NCBI GenBank assembly: GCA_023515725.1
Contig: JALDTO010000215.1
Coordinates: forward strand, 459,053 to 523,052
DNA length: 64,000 nucleotides
Source of the DNA: Amoeboaphelidium protococcarum X5
Lineage: Eukaryota > Fungi > Aphelidiomycota
Reading direction: 5' to 3'
The notes under the pieces were generated by a model. The model did not search any database. It was not told where the DNA came from and saw nothing but the letters and a program-made list of their open reading frames with translations. The position numbers were made by a program, and so were the translations under genes. This document shows positions 57,897 to 64,000 of the stretch, piece by piece (position 1 is the stretch's first letter; each line of letters starts with the position of its first letter).

Positions 57897-58335
57897 CTTG
57901 TCAGTAATACGAGTTTAACAGTAAAACGTTAATATTCAGAGGTATGTGTATATATAAAGTGTCAACGTAGTACAACAGTAACAAAGAGAAAGAGAAAGAA
58001 GACACCAGGAGTGGAGTGGAATTTGATCGAATGGCCCACGCTAAGGTCAAATCACGCGAAGAAGTTCCACGAGATTCCATCAGCCCCCGACCGTTTCAAG
58101 GCGTTTCAGAATGATGTATGAATGATTAAAAGGGGCCAAAATCAATGTTTAAAACGTGAAATAATATTATTGACTATCATTATCGTTTCAGATTCACATC
58201 AATATAATCAGTTTATTTTATTGTTGATTGTTGCCATTATTCATTTAAACGGTGACGATGCATGGGCGCGTGATATTTAGTGAACCAAGTAGATCATACA
58301 GTTGCACTCCCTGTGATTTACAGAGCTTCCTTGAG

Positions 58336-59273
58336 CGGGGTGACCAGAAATTACGCAATTATCTCGAGGGGGGAGGGGGCCTAGAATTTCTGAGAAATAG
58401 CGTTACGTGAGATTTCTGTGTCAAGTATGAAACGCGTCTAATGAATCTTTGGATTACTAATGCGATTGCGTTTTGCGCTAAATCGCCCTCTTTCTTTACA
58501 TTTTCTGTTTCAAGTCATAAAATGACAATTTAAACATATCTGAAAGCACCTGGAAAGGTGTAAATAATCATTTATGAGAAGCCGGCATGTAATTATCATC
58601 ATGCTTAAGATTTTGTACAGTGCTTAGCACTCTATAATGGTTTTATTCCATCGCCAACTCTAATGGCGAACAAGCATTTTGATTCCATCGTCTAAAACTC
58701 ATCTCTCTTCCTAGTCTAGCTGGCGTCATCCTGACATGTGTATTCCTTCACTCGAAAGTATCTATGAAGAATACTGCTGCCAGAATCCAGGATGTTGCAA
58801 ACACTACCTTGTAAAGAAGGCTCTGTAGATGCATAGGAAGATTTGTATATATGGGAAACGGTCAAGAAAGAAACATCCAATTGCGCGTTCATACGAGGAT
58901 GATACATTGTAGGACAACTACAATAGCTTAAACGGAAGGTTATCGGCTTAAGTGGTCTTCTTTAGGAATGGCTACGAGTTTGAGTAATTGTGATTATATG
59001 AGACGGCTGTTGGTAATCGAAGAGTAGTGTTTAGTGAGCTTTGACGCGTTACACTAAGCAAATGGTAAGCAAAGGCCGAGTGAATGGTAGTTTGTTAATA
59101 TATCCTAATTTTCGACACCGCATTTACATAGATCATTCGATCCAGATTTTTTACGAGATCTATTTAAAAATGCAATAATATTCGTACATATATATCTTGA
59201 GCAGAGGTTGGCACTTAAGGGAGGGGGGTCAATTTTCCTGAATTTCAGCGTTACGCAATTTCTGGTCACCCCC
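58336..59273. mobile_element. Non-autonomous DNA transposon (~940 bp) with ~22-bp TIRs
   Basis: Left GGGGTGACCAGAAATTACGCAA (58337) vs reverse complement of the right end GGGGTGACCAGAAATTGCGTAA. Flanks TTGA and TTAA; G-rich subterminal tracts; internal zinc-finger remnant. Confidence 0.85.
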
Positions 59274-59390
59274 TTAACAGATAATGAATTTTATAAGAAA
59301 TGAATAAGAAATTGAAGCATTATAACAATTACTAATGATTCTTATTCAATTTTCTTTCATGGGATTGTGCTAATTCTGCGCGACAATATT

Positions 59391-60130
59391 ATATTCTTAC
59401 AAACGGAAGTCGCCATCTTCATTGAGGGACAATCTTAATAGCATCAGCCAGAGGCGCATGCAAGCTGACTTCAATAATTCGATAAAACGTGGCCAAATTA
59501 CAATTACAAATATCAGGACTTTAGACAACCCGAACGGGAAGAGCTCCAGGGCCACGTCAAGGCTTCCTGATGTGTCTGGAGTGGGCTCTTTGTACCTCGG
59601 CGACCAAATCCGAGGCCCAGCATGCGCGCACCCGTGATCAAATACCAGTTAAATACCAAGCGCTACCAGCAAACAGAAGAGCAAGGGTTATCAGTATGGT
59701 CGGTTAGCATGATTGGCTAATTCGGTGTCGGCTTTTACAGTGCTTATCTTGTAGCTGACAATATTCTTACAAACGGAAGTCGCCATCTTCATTGAGGGAC
59801 AATCTTAATAGCATCAGCCAGAGGCGCATGCAAGCTGACTTCAATAATTCGATAAAACGTGGCCAAATTACAATTACAAATTTCAGGACTTTAGACAACC
59901 CGAACGGGAACAGCTCCAGAGCCACGTCAAGGCTTCCTGATGTGTCTGGAGTGGGCTCTTTGTACCTCGGCGACCAAATCCGAGGCCCAGCATGCGCGCA
60001 CCCGTGATCAAATACCAGTTAAATACCAAGCGCTACCAGCAAACAGAAGAGCAAGGGTTATCAGTATGATCGGTTAGCATGATTGGCTAATTCGGTGTCG
60101 GCTTTTACAGTGCTTATCTTGTAGCTGACA
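59391..60130. repeat. Direct tandem duplication, 2 x 370 bp
   Basis: 59391-59760 and 59761-60130 are near-identical, differing by a few substitutions. Confidence 0.93.
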
Positions 60131-60180
60131 AGGTTCAATTCATTACTAAACATAATGAGGACGAGTAATATGTACGATGA
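60060..60180 (+). pseudogene. HSP90 gene fragment (truncated copy also at ~59690-59760)
   Basis: ISMIGQ followed by [33 protein letters not shown], with Q encoded by TAG, TAA and CAA. Confidence 0.85.
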
Positions 60181-60930
60181 TACCCACCGTGCCTCTTACA
60201 CTGGGCTACGGCGGGCCATTACTTAACCCAAAAGCTTAATTTGACTACCACTATAACCTAATAGCGGCAGGTATCTACACCGTAACCGTAAATTAGTAAT
60301 ATGACTAAACATTCAAAGAGATTGTCCAGTGTGTATAGCGCGAGAGGACAAGAATGTCGCGTTGGAGTGTGACATAGAGGAGGGAACTAAAGTATATGCT
60401 GTAAATCCACTTATTGCTGTCGGTCCACATGATGGAAATTATCCGATAATCCACATTACTGTTGAATCCCATCGTCTACAAATTTAAGCACACCAATCTG
60501 AATGTTGACGGGGAAAAGTTTAACAGCAACGTTCGTTGGGAAAAGAAACAGTCAATCTTACGCCTCAATTACGCCGGTTTTATAGATAGATCCCCTATAT
60601 TGGGATCGATCCACGAGTTAAAGTGTATCCTTAATTGGATTTGACTCTTGCCAAAAGCCAATCTTACAATGCTGAGTCGATTAAAGCTTTGGTTAGTCAG
60701 ATGATATTGGTTGAGCGTGTGATTATACAACATATCTATCAGACACAATTCTTCTATATAAGCGCATTCCTTCTCATATGCCGATTGACGAACTCGATGG
60801 TTCTCACGTCGGAAGCGTTCTTAAACCAAACTATACACTTTCGGAACACCCGACTTTAAAACTTCATCCGCTGAAGATATCAATTCGCCATTTTTGTTCT
60901 TTTCTATCACGAATCTTAGCCCAGACAGTG

Positions 60931-61578
60931 TCAACGTGACAGTACCCGCGTTAGACGATCGAATCGATCATACGTTCCACGATGCTTCAATTCACATGAC
61001 TACTCACACAAACGACCTTTCATACCAGTGCGAACGCAAGTGCCATTAAACGCGTCCATATCTACAGTGATATTTTTATAGACATCAATAAAATTAAAAT
61101 CGCTCATATCATGCATATCACTTATCGGCATGGAGCCACTTCTTGCAACCCGCAATATGAAGGACACAGCGGTATTAGGATCTGCTTGCGTTTCCGTTTA
61201 TGATACTATTTTGTAGACTTGGTCCGGTAAGAGGCCATCACTCAGACTGATGACAGACGCAAGATAGTGCACTTCTGGACTCAGATCAGTATACTTGAAC
61301 TGAATCTTAATGATATCAGGCACTTGATACTTACGATCCTCATGTGAATACTCCGTAGATAATTCTGATCCCTCAAAATCATAACCGGAGTACCTTTAAA
61401 CGTAAGGCCTTGAATAAATTGCATCAATTTCTTTCTCATCACGTAGAAATGGCATATTGAAGGCATCATCAGGAAATTGATTCTCTTGATAATTCATTAG
61501 CGATTCATAATACGCTTCCAACAAACTATCAGCAGCAAATACTCGTGCAGCCAATATAAATGCAGGTATTGGAAGCAT
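60931..61578 (-). CDS. Hypothetical, possibly secreted protein (may be frameshifted at its 3' end)
   Basis: 215-codon TAR=Q frame beginning with hydrophobic MLPIPAFILAARVFA. Confidence 0.45.
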
Positions 61579-61954
61579 TACGAGTACACGCTAAAATCAA
61601 ATGAGTAAATGATTAAAGAATACTGATTTTGTGTAATCGATATGAGTCAAGGAACTGTTTTAAATTGATGGTACCCCTTGAAAGATTTGTCAGTGTACCG
61701 TTAGAAGAGCTTCAATGCTAAAATCGTAGAAGATCATCTAGCTTTACAATAACATAACGTTGATTCAAACGTAGATGCATTTTTATTTCGCCTACTTTCG
61801 GCAAATTATATGGTTATACGCCTAGTCGGGAAAAAATTATATCGCTGCCGACCGCAGGTCGGTTGCGATATTTTATACGGATTTCAAGGGATGAGTAAGA
61901 AGAAACCGAAGATCTGCGATCATATCCACTCAATTACTCAATCAGTTCATAAAA

Positions 61955-64000
61955 TCACGTCTATTTCAACTTTCTCTCTCTTTCTACACGCTTTCTGAAC
62001 TTTTTATAGAGACTTGTACGCATTTACAACAAAGAATCGTCTAACTAACTTGATGCATCGCATCTTTTGGAAGAATGGCCTTCAGTACATTAATTGGAAT
62101 CAGCCATCAATCTTGGCTTCCAGCAGATTTTGCAGACTTGTTTCACTGATTCGCTTCTCAAATTACTGTCCAACTCTTCTTCATTGACAAATCCGTTTTC
62201 AGGTGTCAACACGTCGTCGCCGAATCTCTAACGCAGCAGTTCAGTCAAATTGACAGCCTCAGTCATTGTGACAGGCCCAGTATCAGCTTAAATGATATCG
62301 ACGGTATGATAAGTTAATTAGTTAAAGGTCGGCTGTTCGTTGATGTCTACATTCTCTCCAAAATTGTCAACTCTAGGAATATCATCACCATCAGGCAGAC
62401 CCAAAACTGGATTGAACAAAGTGCCCATATCCAGATTGGTGAAGTAAGCATCGTCTATACTATCAACTAATCTCTAAATATCCTAATCTGCAGTAGCAAG
62501 CAAATCATTGACACTCTAAACAGACTGAGTAGCAGGACAGATGCAGCTCAAATTGTTCAATGAAGTCTGTGTTTCTACAGATACATGTTCAACTACTTAG
62601 ACAGTTTACTCAGTAGACACCTAATGCAACTACGGAATTTCGAACGGAATATGCAATGCTGTTGGGTCAGTCAAATGATTTTATAGCTGTCTGAACTGGG
62701 CCTTAAATGGATCAATCGCGTATTTGCATGCCAACTTACGTTCCACAATATCTTCAAAACTCTTCAAATGGCTTGGTGCTTTAAAAGAGTATTCTGATAA
62801 CAAATCATCAACTTCAGACTAATTTGAGCAGGCGGCAATCTTGTTATAAACCAGAAAATTCCATCGATCAGCCATTTACTCATAATCTACTTACTTATCA
62901 TCACCGTTTTTCTTGGTGCAATATTGTTCAAACAGTGACATGAATAAGATGAGCTCTTTTTGGGAGGAGACGGGACGTGATATGACATTGAATGCAAACT
63001 TAGAGATCATATCATCAGAGTTCAGCTTGATGGGCTCAGTAGATATATCACTCTAATCCATATCAATAACAGTCAAATCAACTTCAACTGGATCGGCCAG
63101 TGCATCAATCAGTTCTTCATCAAAGCCACCTTCGCATTCCATCATCAGCTACTAGTCAGAAATGTTCTTTAGATCAAGAGATTTGCCCAAATACTTACTA
63201 CAGCCAAATTTAACAGATTTTGAGAATTCAGATACCTGTGGAATGGTCAGATTCTCAAAAACAGGACACTTGAAGTATTTCGCATTGTCGACATACAACT
63301 GCTTAATTTAGCTCAGCACTAGTGGGTTGTAAATATGAAAATCCGGAGTCAGCCCACAGGTCAGTGCCGCATCTTGATTTCTTCTGTAGACAAAGTCCAT
63401 GAGCATAACATTATATAGCTCAGGAGAGATAGACTTTGCTTAAAACGCATTGTACAACATCATGTGATATCCTTCTTATTGGCTGGTACCTCTAAAACAC
63501 TTGAACTACTTAAAAGATCCATCATCTCCAGGCTTTAATTGCAAGTACATGTCAACACCAGGAGGATCTGATAAACAGCCATCTTTGGCGTGCTTCAGAT
63601 TACGCTCGTGATGTTTCATTACTTGATCATCAATGAACTCACTGTTAACCGCTCTGAACATTTAGACCACCTGATCAATTCTATTCGACAAAATATCCGC
63701 AGGTGGAACAAATCTTCTCACTTTACCATTACGCAATAGATAGCTTCTCTTGATCTGATCCATTTACTTATCTGATACTCCACGCTGCTGTAATACTGAC
63801 TTCACATCTTGCATGTCTTCTTCAGAACAGATGAATATCGCGTCGCGGAGGTTGGAGGCAAAGAGAGAGTATAGAGGATGTTTCTTCTTAACAGGATACC
63901 GCTCCATGAAATGAAATATATCCAAGAGTACTCGCTATCCTTATCCAGTAGCTGACAGAGATTCAAACATATCAGAGAGAAATGCTCTTTCAGTGCAGCA
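61955..64000 (-). mobile_element. DDE transposase-like ORF with DxxH motif (DUF6729/Dada-like), 5'-partial
   Basis: CCTERAFL..VLLDIFHFMER..KHPLYSLF..LRDAIF..VRRFVPP..GCLSDPPGVDMY..CFRGTSQQEGYH; C-terminal CKIC..GH..C. No in-frame TGA was found in the segments read. Confidence 0.7.

Noticed and set aside
56031-57932. Long + strand ORFs (325 aa, 207 aa)
   Set aside because: Antisense shadows of the codon-biased HSP90 gene.
58040-58080. Heat-shock element upstream of HSP90
   Set aside because: The GAA/TTC spacing does not fit three clean nGAAn units.
60180-60560. Integrase zinc-finger remnant (H..CPVC)
   Set aside because: The motif pieces lie in different frames and no catalytic core was recognised.

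Overview
Gene-dense eukaryotic DNA with short GT-AG introns (about 50-75 nt) and a fungal-like gene set. It uses a non-standard nuclear code: TAA and TAG are read as Gln, and TGA is the only regular stop. The supplied standard-code ORF track therefore fragments almost every gene and misses several. This combination fits an aphelid such as Amoeboaphelidium protococcarum, an algal parasite related to fungi; this identification is an inference. Re-reading with TAR=Gln gives about 35 genes. Housekeeping and cell-cycle genes: eIF3b, NEK6/7, NDR kinase, transketolase, FIG4, ZPR1, MRPS16, MIX23, TCTP, HSP90, a CDF zinc transporter and a 3-hydroxyacyl-CoA dehydrogenase. Chromatin, silencing and meiosis genes: Clr2-like, HEN1, a zf-4CXXC protein, NSE1 and RNF212/Zip3. 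Host-interaction candidates: a Crinkler-type NTPase, a membrane-anchored GH32 invertase, a secreted hevein/CBM18 peptide, a bacterial-type SulP, and a complete ETR1-like ethylene-receptor hybrid histidine kinase. The right-hand 13 kb is rich in mobile DNA: a decayed Plavaka transposase, a ~940-bp TIR element, a 370-bp tandem duplication carrying an HSP90 fragment, and an apparently intact DxxH-type DDE transposase. All translations and coordinates were derived by hand.
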